This document shows positions 37,389 to 46,808 of a stretch of 64,000 nucleotides of DNA, piece by piece. The notes beneath the pieces are model-generated. The model searched no databases. It was not told the DNA's origin and saw only the letters and a list, made by a program, of their open reading frames with translations. A program made the position numbers and the translations under genes. The number at the start of each line of letters is the position of its first letter. The first letter of the stretch is position 1. The stretch covers positions 55,070 through 119,069 of the forward strand of contig JAPDKB010000007.1 of the NCBI GenBank assembly GCA_029258795.1. Direction: 5' to 3'. The DNA comes from an archaeon (GTDB taxonomy: Archaea > EX4484-52 > WAPT01).

Positions 37389-38747
37389 TCATTTGAGCAG
37401 ATACTTGAGAATGGGCGGAAGTACAAGGTTAAGAATGAGAAGAACAAGCGTCATCATCTCGATAACCCTAAACGCTCTCTTTCTTCTCTTATTCTCCATG
37501 AGTTCGTACAGCATCAGTCCGCCATCGAGCGGCCTTATAGGAAGGAGGTTGGCCACGCCGATTCCGAGGTTTAGCATGGCAAGAAAGTTCAGCAGGGTTA
37601 TCAAGCTGAGCAGGATGTACGGAATCCTCTCTCCAATAACTTCCCTTACTTCCTGCTTCACCGTTATGTTCGTTTTTATGCCCGCAATGCCTATGAAAGC
37701 CATGCTCCTGTTTTCGGGGTGTGGTGAGAGCTTGACCGTGTAATTGCAGTGGTTTACGGTCAGCACGACCGTGTCGTTCGGCTCGAACTTTGACAGAACT
37801 TCCTTGAGATCACTTATGGTGTTTATGGGCGTGCCGTTTATAGCTGTCAGCGTTCCACCGGGCGGGATGACGGAATGTGCATAGGTTCCGTTGATGGTGG
37901 ATGTGTAGATTATTCCGGCCGGCTGGAATATCAAACCCGCAACGTAAGTGAGTAACGTCATGATCAGCGCAAATATCACGGCAAATGTGAAGTTGCTCAT
38001 GGATCCAGCGCCATAAACCGCGAGCTTCTTTCGTTTTTGAGCTTTCTTCAGCTGCTCCTCGTCTGGCTCTGCAAATCCCAGCGGGATTATGGCGAGGAAT
38101 CCGTAGCCGATGGACTTGACCCTTATTCCGTGAGCCCTTGCCACCAGAGCGTGAGCGAACTCGTGCACCACCACGATGACAAGGATGGCCGTGATCCAGT
38201 AGGGAAGCGGGACGTAAAAGATCGGGGCTTTGGTTGTCTTGATGGGCAGCACCAGCTGTACAGAAGGTGCTGCACTTAGCGGTTTCAGGAGTGCGGATAT
38301 CAGATTAATTAGCAGGTAGGTGGGAGCAATAGTCACCACACCTCCGAAGAAAAAGAGCGGTATGTAAGCGTATCGATAAACCTGCACACCCGCATGATAA
38401 AAGAGTAAAGCAAGGAAAAACGATATTATGGCGCCAATGAGGGCAAGTATCTTCATTCTCCTCCCGTCCTTAATCACCACCCTGCTTCCAAGCAGACCGA
38501 GAGAAATGAAGATCGAAAGATCACCGAAGAACTGAAACAGGTTCTTATGCTTCTCCGCCTGTTGCTCTATAAAACGAAGTCCTCTCTTCGTCCTTCTCAG
38601 CAACATGATTCCTTCCTTCTCGAAGTTCCTTCTGTCAATGGTGTAGATCAGCAGGGTTAGAAGGGCTAGTACAGCGATGGATATAATGTTTTCCCTTCCG
38701 ATCTTTTCCATCAGAAGGTGAGCAATGCGTGCCACGTTTAACATCAT
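37389..38747 (-). CDS. Site-2 protease family (M50) membrane metalloprotease with a PDZ-like insert
   Basis: HEFAHALVARAHG (HExxH) and NLLPIRPLDGG motifs, with multiple TM helices. Confidence 0.85.
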   Translation of the reverse strand: MMLNVARIAHLLMEKIGRENIISIAVLALLTLLIYTIDRRNFEKEGIMLLRRTKRGLRFIEQQAEKHKNLFQFFGDLSIFISLGLLGSRVVIKDGRRMKILALIGAIISFFLALLFYHAGVQVYRYAYIPLFFFGGVVTIAPTYLLINLISALLKPLSAAPSVQLVLPIKTTKAPIFYVPLPYWITAILVIVVVHEFAHALVARAHGIRVKSIGYGFLAIIPLGFAEPDEEQLKKAQKRKKLAVYGAGSMSNFTFAVIFALIMTLLTYVAGLIFQPAGIIYTSTINGTYAHSVIPPGGTLTAINGTPINTISDLKEVLSKFEPNDTVVLTVNHCNYTVKLSPHPENRSMAFIGIAGIKTNITVKQEVREVIGERIPYILLSLITLLNFLAMLNLGIGVANLLPIRPLDGGLMLYELMENKRRKRAFRVIEMMTLVLLILNLVLPPILKYLLK

Positions 38748-38780
38748 TCGAAATTATCCATCCACACTCTTTTATATGTG

Positions 38781-40712
38781 TTACCTTGCAATCTCTCCTC
38801 CTCCTGCGGGAAGTCTGGCTATGATCTCGTCAATGCTCATCGATTCAAGCACCTCTTTCTCCTCCTTGGAAAGGAGGTTCATCAGCTTCGACTTAACCCG
38901 CTCCGCAAGCTCTTTGGGCTTTGTGGTGCCCGGCTTTATGACCACGAATTTGTTGGTTCTGCTCTTCACCGCTTCCACAGGCCACACCACAAGCTCATTA
39001 TCCAGCAGAGCCACAGCAAGCGAGAGCTCGGCCTTAATCCAGTTTCTCTCGCCGTAAATCATGAAAGCTCCTTTTCCCATGTACTCCCCAGCCGGTGTTT
39101 TCTTGCTCACCTGCTCCGGCTTGACATAAAACACCTGCAGAGCCGTGACACCTTCTCTCCAAGCTCTGGAGAAGGACGCCACGAACTGAGCCATCTCCCT
39201 TAAATCCTGCAGAGGAGCTTTATCAAGTGCTCCCTTCAACAAACCAAATGGCGCGCCCTTGTAATCAGCATGGAAAACCCAGTCCTCTTTCTCAGCATAT
39301 TTCTTGATGAGCACCTCGTTGGTTGTGGCATCTCTAGCGCACACACCCAGAAAGCCGGAAGAAGAGATGAACCACCTGAACTTCTCGTACCACTTCTTTT
39401 TCTTCTTTTCCTTTTTCACGATGATCTTCTTTTCTATCTCTTCTTCCACCATTTCTTCCTTCTGCCTCGCTTCCTCCAGCTTTCTTTTCGTTTCCTCCAT
39501 CTGGGACTTTAGCGTCTCCACTTTCTTTCTCATGCGCTTCGCTTCCTCGAAATGCATCGATGCAATCTCGTGAATGTTCCTGTCAAGCTTGAGTTTAATC
39601 TCCACACCGTCCAGCTCGATGACCACTTCTTTTTCTTTGGCCGATGCTCTCTTGACAAGGGGGTGATGCATAATTTCATGCAGTTCCATCGTGCTGAATT
39701 TGGAAAGCATCTCCTCCACTTTATCGTAGTGCTCGTAGATTTTCTCGCCCGCTTTCCTCAGCTTTTCTTCCATTTCCTCGTATCTTTTCAGAGCTTCCAT
39801 CTGCATCTCCAGCCTGTGCTCTAAACGTTCCGCTAAGCTGTATCTGCTCTTTCCCTTTCTCATTTCCTCGGCTTCCTTTACCTTCAGCATCTCCACAAAA
39901 TAATCGTTGATGGCATCGTTGAACGATTCGTAGTGCTTCAGCTTCATCTTCTCGTAAACCTTAAGGCGGAAAGGAACGACATCCACCATATTACCCTGAT
40001 CATCAAGAACTATGGCAGGACCGGGTTGTTTTTCAAAAAGCCCCCTCGCAGCTTCAACAATACTCTCCACATTTTCCTCACCAAGCTCGTGACACTTCTT
40101 GCTCTTCTCCACCCCTGCCCGCAGACACACCTCTTCTGCATACACTCCGCTCAGTCCCATTCTTTGAGCAAGGAAAACAACCACCTTTTTATCGCTTTCC
40201 TTCCTCATTTCCTTCAGCAGCTCCTCCATACTGACATTTCGTGGATCAAGGGGAGGAGCGGGTCTTTCATACGTTCCGTGTATCCTGAGCTCCCTGAATC
40301 TCAGATTCTTCTTTATCAAACAGCTCCAGATTATGTTCTTCTGGTTATCCACAAAGAAAATGTTCGGTTTGGGGAGTATCTCCACCACAAGCTTGTAGTC
40401 CTGCGTTTTAAGAACCACTATTCTATCAAATCCAAGCTGCTCAAAACTCTCAACTCTCTTGCCTCGCAGATGCTTTCTCAGAAGCATGGCAAAGTTAGAT
40501 GGCTTTTCTGGCCTTGGCACTTTGTAGTTGAGAAGCGCGACAAAGTCTCCGCCAAGCAAAAGCTCCTGCTGGCCATGGCTCGCTTTGTAAAGCTGCAAGA
40601 GCAGCTTGTCTTCCTCCAGCTGGTAAATCTTGCGGATGAGCGAGCCCTCCACTTTATCTTTTATTTCCTTCAGCAGGTAATGAAGGTCTAGAGCGGTAAG
40701 CTGCGATTTCAT
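38781..40712 (-). CDS. NFACT-family protein (FbpA/Rqc2 homologue, ribosome quality control)
   Basis: N-terminus LTALDLHYLLKEIKDKVEGSLIRKIYQ, a central coiled coil, and a C-terminal NFACT-R-like region (WFISSSGFLGVCARDATTNE). Confidence 0.85.
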   Translation of the reverse strand: MKSQLTALDLHYLLKEIKDKVEGSLIRKIYQLEEDKLLLQLYKASHGQQELLLGGDFVALLNYKVPRPEKPSNFAMLLRKHLRGKRVESFEQLGFDRIVVLKTQDYKLVVEILPKPNIFFVDNQKNIIWSCLIKKNLRFRELRIHGTYERPAPPLDPRNVSMEELLKEMRKESDKKVVVFLAQRMGLSGVYAEEVCLRAGVEKSKKCHELGEENVESIVEAARGLFEKQPGPAIVLDDQGNMVDVVPFRLKVYEKMKLKHYESFNDAINDYFVEMLKVKEAEEMRKGKSRYSLAERLEHRLEMQMEALKRYEEMEEKLRKAGEKIYEHYDKVEEMLSKFSTMELHEIMHHPLVKRASAKEKEVVIELDGVEIKLKLDRNIHEIASMHFEEAKRMRKKVETLKSQMEETKRKLEEARQKEEMVEEEIEKKIIVKKEKKKKKWYEKFRWFISSSGFLGVCARDATTNEVLIKKYAEKEDWVFHADYKGAPFGLLKGALDKAPLQDLREMAQFVASFSRAWREGVTALQVFYVKPEQVSKKTPAGEYMGKGAFMIYGERNWIKAELSLAVALLDNELVVWPVEAVKSRTNKFVVIKPGTTKPKELAERVKSKLMNLLSKEEKEVLESMSIDEIIARLPAGGGEIAR

Positions 40713-40811
40713 GACTCTGACTTTGGATGAGAGGTTTTTAAATGGTAACGGTTGTGGTTTTCGGGTTTGAAATCCAAACGTTTTTAAAATCTGTGTGGTA
40801 ATTACTTATGG

Positions 40812-41390
40812 GTGGTTAAAACGAAGGTGGGATGGAAAAATCCCGAAATAAGAGAAATTTATGATGATGTCGTTTCGGACTACCGTAATGGAAGGAAAGT
40901 GGAGATGGATGTTGTTGTTAAGCTGAAGTTCGGGTATCCTGCATTTCCTTCTGAGGAGGAGTTAGAGTATGCTGCCAGAAGGACGGGAGGTGTTGAATGC
41001 GAGAGGGTTTTCACGGATGGGGATAAAAGGAAAATTGATGCTGGAAAGGTGCTTGATGAGAGCGGTGGTGCGGAAGCAATTTACAAAGTGGTTTTGAAAG
41101 GAGTCACGTATTTTGAAGAGATAAGAGATGTCCTGTGGAATATATCCAAATATCTTAAAGACAAAAAAGGTGGTGTGCTACCTCTTACTGAAGCAGTGAT
41201 TGACGAGTTGCATGTGCATTATAAGGATTGTGGACTGAAGTTTTCTGTGCTGGATGGAGAGGTTGTACTTGCTCCTTCGGAATTGAATTATGTGTGCGGC
41301 GGAAAGAATGATATAGTTTACCCTTCAAAATGTCCTTATCGAAGCAAGGAGTTTTGCAAGAAGTTTGCGAGGGAAGAGCCGGAGGATTGA
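40812..41390 (+). CDS. Hypothetical protein
   Basis: 192-aa ORF with coding-like composition. C-terminal Cys pairs are present. No family recognised. Confidence 0.45.
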   Translation: MVKTKVGWKNPEIREIYDDVVSDYRNGRKVEMDVVVKLKFGYPAFPSEEELEYAARRTGGVECERVFTDGDKRKIDAGKVLDESGGAEAIYKVVLKGVTYFEEIRDVLWNISKYLKDKKGGVLPLTEAVIDELHVHYKDCGLKFSVLDGEVVLAPSELNYVCGGKNDIVYPSKCPYRSKEFCKKFAREEPED

Positions 41391-41401
41391 GGTGGTTTGG
41401 T

Positions 41402-41926
41402 GTGCTGCTCGGTAAGGATGAAATAATGGAACTCGTTGATGAGGGCTGGCTTGTACAGGGCATGCTTGATCCTGAGGTGCAGGTGCAGCCAGCAGGCATT
41501 GATTTGACGCTCGCCAAGATTTTCAGGCTGGAGGGAGAGGGTGCAATAGATTTCTCCAACGCCAAAAGAAAGCTTCCGGAATACGTGGAGATTGAGCCGG
41601 ATGAGGATGATTGCTGGAAGCTCGATAAGGGCACTTACAACGGCACGATGAACGAGTACATAAAGCTTCCAAACGATGTTGCAGCGATTGTGTTACCGAG
41701 GTCGTCCGCTCTGGTGTGCGGCATAGAAGCTCATTCCGCTCTCTGGGATCCGGGATATGAGGGGAGGGGCTTCCTGCACTTCACCATAACGAGGCCTGTG
41801 AGGATTTACAGGAACGCGCGAATAGTGCAGATGATATTCTTCAGGGTTAGCAGTGAGACGGAAGGTTATGATGGAGTGTTTAAGGGAGAGGATCTGCTTA
41901 AGAAAAGCAGGAGAGGTAGGGAATGA
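41402..41926 (+). CDS. dcd: dCTP deaminase / dUTPase family protein
   Basis: A GTG start at 41402 gives MLLGKDEIMELVDEGWLV..., typical of a Dcd N-terminus. Also PAGIDLTL, VLPRSSALVCGI and WDPGYEGRG. Confidence 0.85.
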   Translation: MLLGKDEIMELVDEGWLVQGMLDPEVQVQPAGIDLTLAKIFRLEGEGAIDFSNAKRKLPEYVEIEPDEDDCWKLDKGTYNGTMNEYIKLPNDVAAIVLPRSSALVCGIEAHSALWDPGYEGRGFLHFTITRPVRIYRNARIVQMIFFRVSSETEGYDGVFKGEDLLKKSRRGRE

Positions 41927-41927
41927 T

Positions 41928-42695
41928 ATGGTGGTTCTTGACAGAATTTTTGAAACCGTGTACGACCACCTCAGAAGAATTGGAGATGAAACAAATGAAG
42001 TGTCATTCAACCACTTCAAAAAATATGTGGATGAGGGTCGGTTTTTGAAAGCTGTGTGCGGCTCGGAGAAAATACTGAAAGGGGCTCTTGAAGGTGAGTT
42101 GAAGTGCGTTATCTATTACATCGCAAAAGATAAGGAAGGTATTACCCTAAATGAGAGTTTTAAAACCCTCTCCGAACTGTTCCGGGAGCTGGATTCTTCC
42201 ATCAAAATTGAAGTTTATGGTAGGGTGTTGAGCTATGATGAGATAGGAGAGGATGAGAGGAAAATTGGAAACAAGTATTCCGGTTATGTCCTGACTCCGA
42301 GAAGAGTAGGGCAGCTCCACACCAAAATTTATGAGCAAATAAAAGACGATGACCTGCTCAGAGAGAAGCACGTTGATGAAACAACTGCCAAGATGGTCGT
42401 GTTCGAACGTGACTTTGAGAACAGCGGTGTCTCATGCGCGAGAGAGGAGAACGAAAAGATCATTAAGGATTATGCACTCTGCTTTTGTGGTATAAGAGAT
42501 GTTGTTACATGGGCGCACGAGCTGGGACACAAACTCGGTTTGATGCACGTGCTTGACCCCCATGACATTATGTATGAGAGCTCGCATCCCTTTTCCTGCA
42601 TCCCCATCCCCAGAAAATTCAGGAAATGGTCAAAGAAACAATGGAAGTATATAAAAAAGCGCATTAATTGGGCGGGATCTGCTGAAAAAAGGTAA
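41928..42695 (+). CDS. Cytoplasmic metzincin-like zinc metallopeptidase (HExxHxxGxxH)
   Basis: AHELGHKLGLMHVLDPHDIMYE is a perfect HExxHxxGxxH followed by a Met-turn-like DIMY. There is no signal peptide. I do not recognise the ~195-aa N-terminal region. Confidence 0.65.
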   Translation: MVVLDRIFETVYDHLRRIGDETNEVSFNHFKKYVDEGRFLKAVCGSEKILKGALEGELKCVIYYIAKDKEGITLNESFKTLSELFRELDSSIKIEVYGRVLSYDEIGEDERKIGNKYSGYVLTPRRVGQLHTKIYEQIKDDDLLREKHVDETTAKMVVFERDFENSGVSCAREENEKIIKDYALCFCGIRDVVTWAHELGHKLGLMHVLDPHDIMYESSHPFSCIPIPRKFRKWSKKQWKYIKKRINWAGSAEKR

Positions 42696-42700
42696 AAGAG

Positions 42701-43411
42701 GTGAGAGTCGTGATACGAAAGATACTGCAATACTTAAAACCGGGTAAGGGTGATTCTTCATCGGAAATATCGAGCTTGATGGACGCGAATTTCGGCACAA
42801 TAAAAAGGATGTTGAGTGAGAGAAAACTGGATGTGATTTTGTATCCGGTTGATACTGCGTGGCATTCATGGAACGATCTTTATGAAGATTATGTCAGGGT
42901 TTATGCTGCTGTGCGCAAGGGATTTAAAGAACTTGGTGGTGTGAATGCTGAGGTTTACTCTTTCAGACCAAACATGAGTCCTGAAACTTTTGAAGAATAC
43001 TCGACCTTGCTTGACCTTAGCTTAAATAAGATGAAGACACTCCACCAGACAATATATGAGGATGTTATGTTCCCGCAAAAACTCGAGAATCTTCATGAAG
43101 ATATAAGTGTTGTGAAGGTGGTTATTCTCCCCACCAAAAAAGGCGAAAATAGTTATGACGGAGGGGTTATCCCTCCACGCGAAGCAGAGTCAGGGAGATA
43201 TGTGAGAGATTATGTGGTTATCAAGAGCGATAAACTTGATCCCGGTATGATTTTGCACTATCTCGGACATATGTGTGGATTAACTCACGTTACAGACGGG
43301 AAGGATGTTATGTTCTCACCATCTCCGGGATGTCCTTCCGAAGTTCATTCTCATAAATTCGGAAGGAAAAGCAAAGAACGATGGTCTAAAATAAAAAGAT
43401 ATTTCTCATGA
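42701..43411 (+). CDS. Paralog of the preceding metzincin-like protein, with the catalytic Glu replaced (HYxxHxxGxxH)
   Basis: ILHYLGHMCGLTHVTDGKDVMFS. It shares layout with its neighbour (LHTKIYEQI vs LHQTIYEDV; basic C-terminal tails RKFRKWSKKQWKYIKK vs RKSKERWSKIKRYF). Confidence 0.6.
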   Translation: MRVVIRKILQYLKPGKGDSSSEISSLMDANFGTIKRMLSERKLDVILYPVDTAWHSWNDLYEDYVRVYAAVRKGFKELGGVNAEVYSFRPNMSPETFEEYSTLLDLSLNKMKTLHQTIYEDVMFPQKLENLHEDISVVKVVILPTKKGENSYDGGVIPPREAESGRYVRDYVVIKSDKLDPGMILHYLGHMCGLTHVTDGKDVMFSPSPGCPSEVHSHKFGRKSKERWSKIKRYFS

Positions 43412-43417
43412 TAGGCT

Positions 43418-43999
43418 TTAAGCTTCATCCTTCTTGTTTTTTCTCTCATCTGATTTTTCCTGTGCTTCGCTTTTTTCTTCCTTTTCCTCCAGATCCTCCT
43501 CCCTTATCTTCAGCTTTTCAAAGTATTTTTTGAGTTCTGCCTCACTCTTCAATCCAAAATACTTCAGGAGGGTTTTGGTTACCCTGAGTTCTTTCGTGTG
43601 TCCTTTTGGTTTGACGGTGACGAATCCGCGCTTCACAAGCTCCTCTATTTGCTCGTAAGCCCTGTTGCCCCTGACTTTAACGACATCGCTCTGCTTGACA
43701 GGGCTTTTGTAAGCTATCAGCGCAAGGGTTTTAAGAGTGCCCGGTGAGAAATCCTTTTCTGGAGCGAGCTTCTCCACATGTTTGAGGTATTGCTCCCTCA
43801 CATGCATTTCGTAAACGTCATTGCCCAGATGCCTCACAACCAATGACGTGTTTTCGTATCTCCTCTCCAGCTCCTGAAGGGCTGAAAGAACAGCATCCTT
43901 CTTCAAACCTGTGATTCTCTTTATTTCATCTACGCTTAACGGCTTGCCCGCCATGAAAAGAGCTGCCTCAACTATGTTAGCATCATTGTTGTTCTGCAT
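43418..43999 (-). CDS. scpB: Segregation and condensation protein B
   Basis: IVEAALFMAGKPLSVDEIKRITG followed by a second wHTH (SPVKQSDVVKVRGNRAYEQIEELVKRGFV). Confidence 0.85.
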   Translation of the reverse strand: MQNNNDANIVEAALFMAGKPLSVDEIKRITGLKKDAVLSALQELERRYENTSLVVRHLGNDVYEMHVREQYLKHVEKLAPEKDFSPGTLKTLALIAYKSPVKQSDVVKVRGNRAYEQIEELVKRGFVTVKPKGHTKELRVTKTLLKYFGLKSEAELKKYFEKLKIREEDLEEKEEKSEAQEKSDERKNKKDEA

Positions 44000-44005
44000 A
44001 AGCTA

Positions 44006-44737
44006 TTATTGATTTTTTGGCTTTATTAAAATTTCACCGAAGAGAACGGGCTGCTCGCACACGATTTTCTCGTCCCTTATGAGATGGAGAAGAGATGCAA
44101 AATCCCTTATTATCTCTTCCTTCGTCTTGCTTTTGACAAGCTCGGAGAAGAACACCACACCACTCGGATACAAAAGCTGGAGAATCCTTTCATAGATCTT
44201 TTCGATGTGCTCCGAGAAATCCTTTTGATTCAGCTCGAGGTTGACCATGAAATGGCGCAGCTCCCTTCTTTTCTTCACCTTCATCGCTTTGTTGAGAGCT
44301 TCAACCAGCTCCTCAAGCGTGATGCGTCTTTTGAACTCCCTTCTGATGGGTAAGCGTAACGGAGGAATCACCACTTGCTGCCCTCCACCCAGCTGTGCCT
44401 GCTCTTCCGTACCCTGCTGTTCTTGCTGTGTCTGCTCATCAGCTTTTCCTTCAGCTTCAACGCCCATCAGAGCTTCGCATTTCATTCTGTAGATGATGCT
44501 TGCGGCAAGGATTATCCTTGCCGGGATGCGAAGATTTTCATCCCTCATTTTCTGCAGGATGGTCGTGAATCTATCGCTGAGCTTAACTATGTCTATATCC
44601 CAGGGGTCCATATCCTGCACTAGCATTATAAGTACCTGCTCCCAGTCATCGTAGAGTATGGCTCTTATTAACTCTTCCTCGTAGTCCTTTTCAGAGGTAA
44701 AGCTCACTCTTTCATTTTCTGCAAGCACCTCAGGCAT
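44006..44737 (-). CDS. scpA: Segregation and condensation protein A (kleisin)
   Basis: 243 aa with DPWDIDIVKLSDRF and a C-terminal wHTH-like FASLLHLIRDEKI. It lies adjacent to scpB. Confidence 0.85.
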   Translation of the reverse strand: MPEVLAENERVSFTSEKDYEEELIRAILYDDWEQVLIMLVQDMDPWDIDIVKLSDRFTTILQKMRDENLRIPARIILAASIIYRMKCEALMGVEAEGKADEQTQQEQQGTEEQAQLGGGQQVVIPPLRLPIRREFKRRITLEELVEALNKAMKVKKRRELRHFMVNLELNQKDFSEHIEKIYERILQLLYPSGVVFFSELVKSKTKEEIIRDFASLLHLIRDEKIVCEQPVLFGEILIKPKNQ

Positions 44738-44750
44738 GTTGATTACCCTT

Positions 44751-44954
44751 CTACACCCACCAGACCACTCGCTTTCTCATGCCGATCTTCTGGGCTTCTG
44801 TCCTCCTTTTAACTTTGCCCTCAGCTTTAAGTCTGTATAGGTGCATGTTTGCTGTGCTCCAGCTTATGCCGAGCTCTTTTGCTATCTCGTAGGTTGAAAG
44901 AGGTCCCTTTTTGGAAAGCAACTTCACCAGCTCTTCATCCACAGACCTAGGCAT
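44751..44954 (-). CDS. Small winged-helix DNA-binding protein (67 aa)
   Basis: LVKLLSKKGPLSTYEIAKELGISWSTANMHLYRLKAEGKVKR. This is the first gene of the AT-rich accessory island. Confidence 0.6.
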   Translation of the reverse strand: MPRSVDEELVKLLSKKGPLSTYEIAKELGISWSTANMHLYRLKAEGKVKRRTEAQKIGMRKRVVWWV

Positions 44955-44979
44955 GTTTTATCCCCCTTACTGGTCATCT

Positions 44980-44999
44980 CCGCCTGAAGAATCAGGCGG
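44980..44999. promoter_or_regulatory. Perfect 8-bp-arm palindrome in the 5' leader of the 67-aa wHTH gene (candidate operator or RNA hairpin)
   Basis: CCGCCTGA-AGAA-TCAGGCGG lies about 25 nt upstream of the ATG at 44954 on the minus strand. Confidence 0.35.
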
Positions 45000-45115
45000 G
45001 TAAGTTTAGGTAGTGCTCAGCTATTTATATACTTTTATATGGTGAGTTTTTTATATTGGCGCGTCTAAAAAGATGGTGTTATATTGAGATATTTTGAAGA
45101 GGTTCCTGTGAGGGA

Positions 45116-46399
45116 TCATAGGTAGTATGCAGGCACTCTATATATTGTACAGCCGTTCCTTTTTTCCTTTCCGAACTCGTTGAGGGTGATGACCAGAGCC
45201 CTCTCTGGTCTGTACTCGTTCAGAAAGCTGTAAAATGACCTTCCCAATCTACCAGAGGTGAGCTTTACTTCCACCGGTACTATGGTGTTTTCGTCCCTTA
45301 TCAGCACGAAATCCACTTCAGCTTTACCTGTTGTGCGCCAATAACAAAGCTTGTACTCCTCAAACCCTGTGAATAGCTCCCTGAAAACGAAGTTTTCCAG
45401 TAGGGCTCCAGCATCACTCCTCGTCTCGAACTCGGAGAAGTTGTTTATTATTGCATTTCTTATCCCCATATCCAGAAAATATATTTTCGGAGTTTTTCTC
45501 AGCTCTGTTACAAGGTTTCTATGAAACGGTCTTAAAGTTTGCACGATATACGTGTGCTTGAGTATGCTGAGGTATTCCTCAGCTTTGTAGAAGCTGATGT
45601 TGAGCTGTGATGCGAGAGAAGATGTGGACATCAGAGATGCTGTTTTGAATGCCAGCAGCTTCAAAAAATCCTCGAACCTTTCCACCTCCTTTATCCCGAA
45701 GTGCACCACAACGTCTTTTTCGAGATATAGAGTGTAGATGTTTTTGAGTACGAGCTGCTTTTCCTCCGTGCCCTCTGTCTTTATCACTTCGGGATAGCCG
45801 CCGAAGATCATGTAATCTTTCAGGTGAGTCAGCAATTCCTTCTGGAAAATTGGCGGAGCGGGCTCGTCCCTTCCCTTAAGGAAGTTTTTTACTGAAGCGT
45901 GCTTCTCTCTGAAGACTCTGGCAAGACCATCATCCCTGGCTATCAGAAACTCCTCGAAATCGAAAGAGTAGAGCTCGAAAAGAAAGAGCCTCCCTACCAA
46001 GTACGGAAGCACATTTGTTCTTAATTCCAAGGATGAAGAGCCGGAGAAGATCACTTTTACATCTTCCGCAAAGTGATCGTAGATCAGTTTGAGCTTCTCT
46101 CCCGCATTTTTGACACGCTGAATCTCGTCCAGAAAGAGGAACAGCCTTTTTCCCTCTTTTTTGAATCTTCTCACAAAGTTTAAAGGGTCATCCTCAAGAG
46201 CGCGTCTCATATCTGGAAGATCAAGATTTATGAACGCTTTTTCTTCATTCTGTATTTTTTGGAAGAGGAGTTGAAGGAGGGTTGTTTTTCCCACCTGTCT
46301 TGCACCCCTCACACCCAGCATCTCCTTCCTGTCCAGCAGCTTCAATAACCTGTCCTCAAGCTTCCTCTTGTAGATTTTATTTGCACCAGCTCCATCCAT
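45116..46399 (-). CDS. AAA+ ATPase of the DUF4143 family
   Basis: Walker A GARQVGKTTLL, Walker B LFLFLDEIQ, and a C-terminal restriction-endonuclease-like region (EVDFVL...VPVEVK). Confidence 0.85.
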   Translation of the reverse strand: MDGAGANKIYKRKLEDRLLKLLDRKEMLGVRGARQVGKTTLLQLLFQKIQNEEKAFINLDLPDMRRALEDDPLNFVRRFKKEGKRLFLFLDEIQRVKNAGEKLKLIYDHFAEDVKVIFSGSSSLELRTNVLPYLVGRLFLFELYSFDFEEFLIARDDGLARVFREKHASVKNFLKGRDEPAPPIFQKELLTHLKDYMIFGGYPEVIKTEGTEEKQLVLKNIYTLYLEKDVVVHFGIKEVERFEDFLKLLAFKTASLMSTSSLASQLNISFYKAEEYLSILKHTYIVQTLRPFHRNLVTELRKTPKIYFLDMGIRNAIINNFSEFETRSDAGALLENFVFRELFTGFEEYKLCYWRTTGKAEVDFVLIRDENTIVPVEVKLTSGRLGRSFYSFLNEYRPERALVITLNEFGKEKRNGCTIYRVPAYYL

Positions 46400-46772
46400 G
46401 CAATTCTATTTTTACTCACAACTATTTAAAATTTATTCTATAATTTTTGAATTGAATTTGAAAATTCTAGAGATAAAAAAAGGACTCCAGTCATGAGTTG
46501 GATTGAGTCATGTAGTGTTAGATTTTGCTAACGGTTGTTAGAAAGTTGTGATAATTCATCACAAGCCGAAACTGGTAAGAAAAACGTTCCAGACAGAGTG
46601 TGCAATTATTGGTAGAATTATAGCAGGGTCAGGTTAAGGAACTCGACCCTGCTAAAACGCAATTTAAATGCCGGGGCTCATACTTTGTGTGGCTTGTATT
46701 GAATATTTTTGGTTAAATTTTTAATTCTACCTTTCTAAATAGGTTAAAATGCATTTAACCTATAGCTTAAGA

Positions 46773-46790
46773 GCAACCTATAAAAATTTT
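46773..46790 (+). promoter_or_regulatory. Candidate BRE/TATA promoter of the type I R-M operon (near-leaderless)
   Basis: GCAACCTATAAAAATTTT, with the TATA beginning 30 nt upstream of the hsdM ATG (46809). It is an 18-nt exact match to the PCNA upstream element. Confidence 0.45.
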
Positions 46791-46808
46791 TAAACCCACA
46801 TAAAAACC

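Noticed and set aside
39933-40691. 252-aa ORF on the plus strand
   Set aside because: It is antisense to the NFACT gene and has no motif support.
44994-45005. 12-mer ACTTACCCGCCT shared (in inverted orientation) with 49674..49685, and 10-mer CCTAAACTTA shared with ~58184, considered as possible att or terminal repeats of the island
   Set aside because: The matches are short, were found post hoc, are in inconsistent orientation, and do not sit symmetrically at the island borders. Chance matches of this length are plausible in 128 kb of two-strand sequence. A computational repeat search is needed before making any claim.
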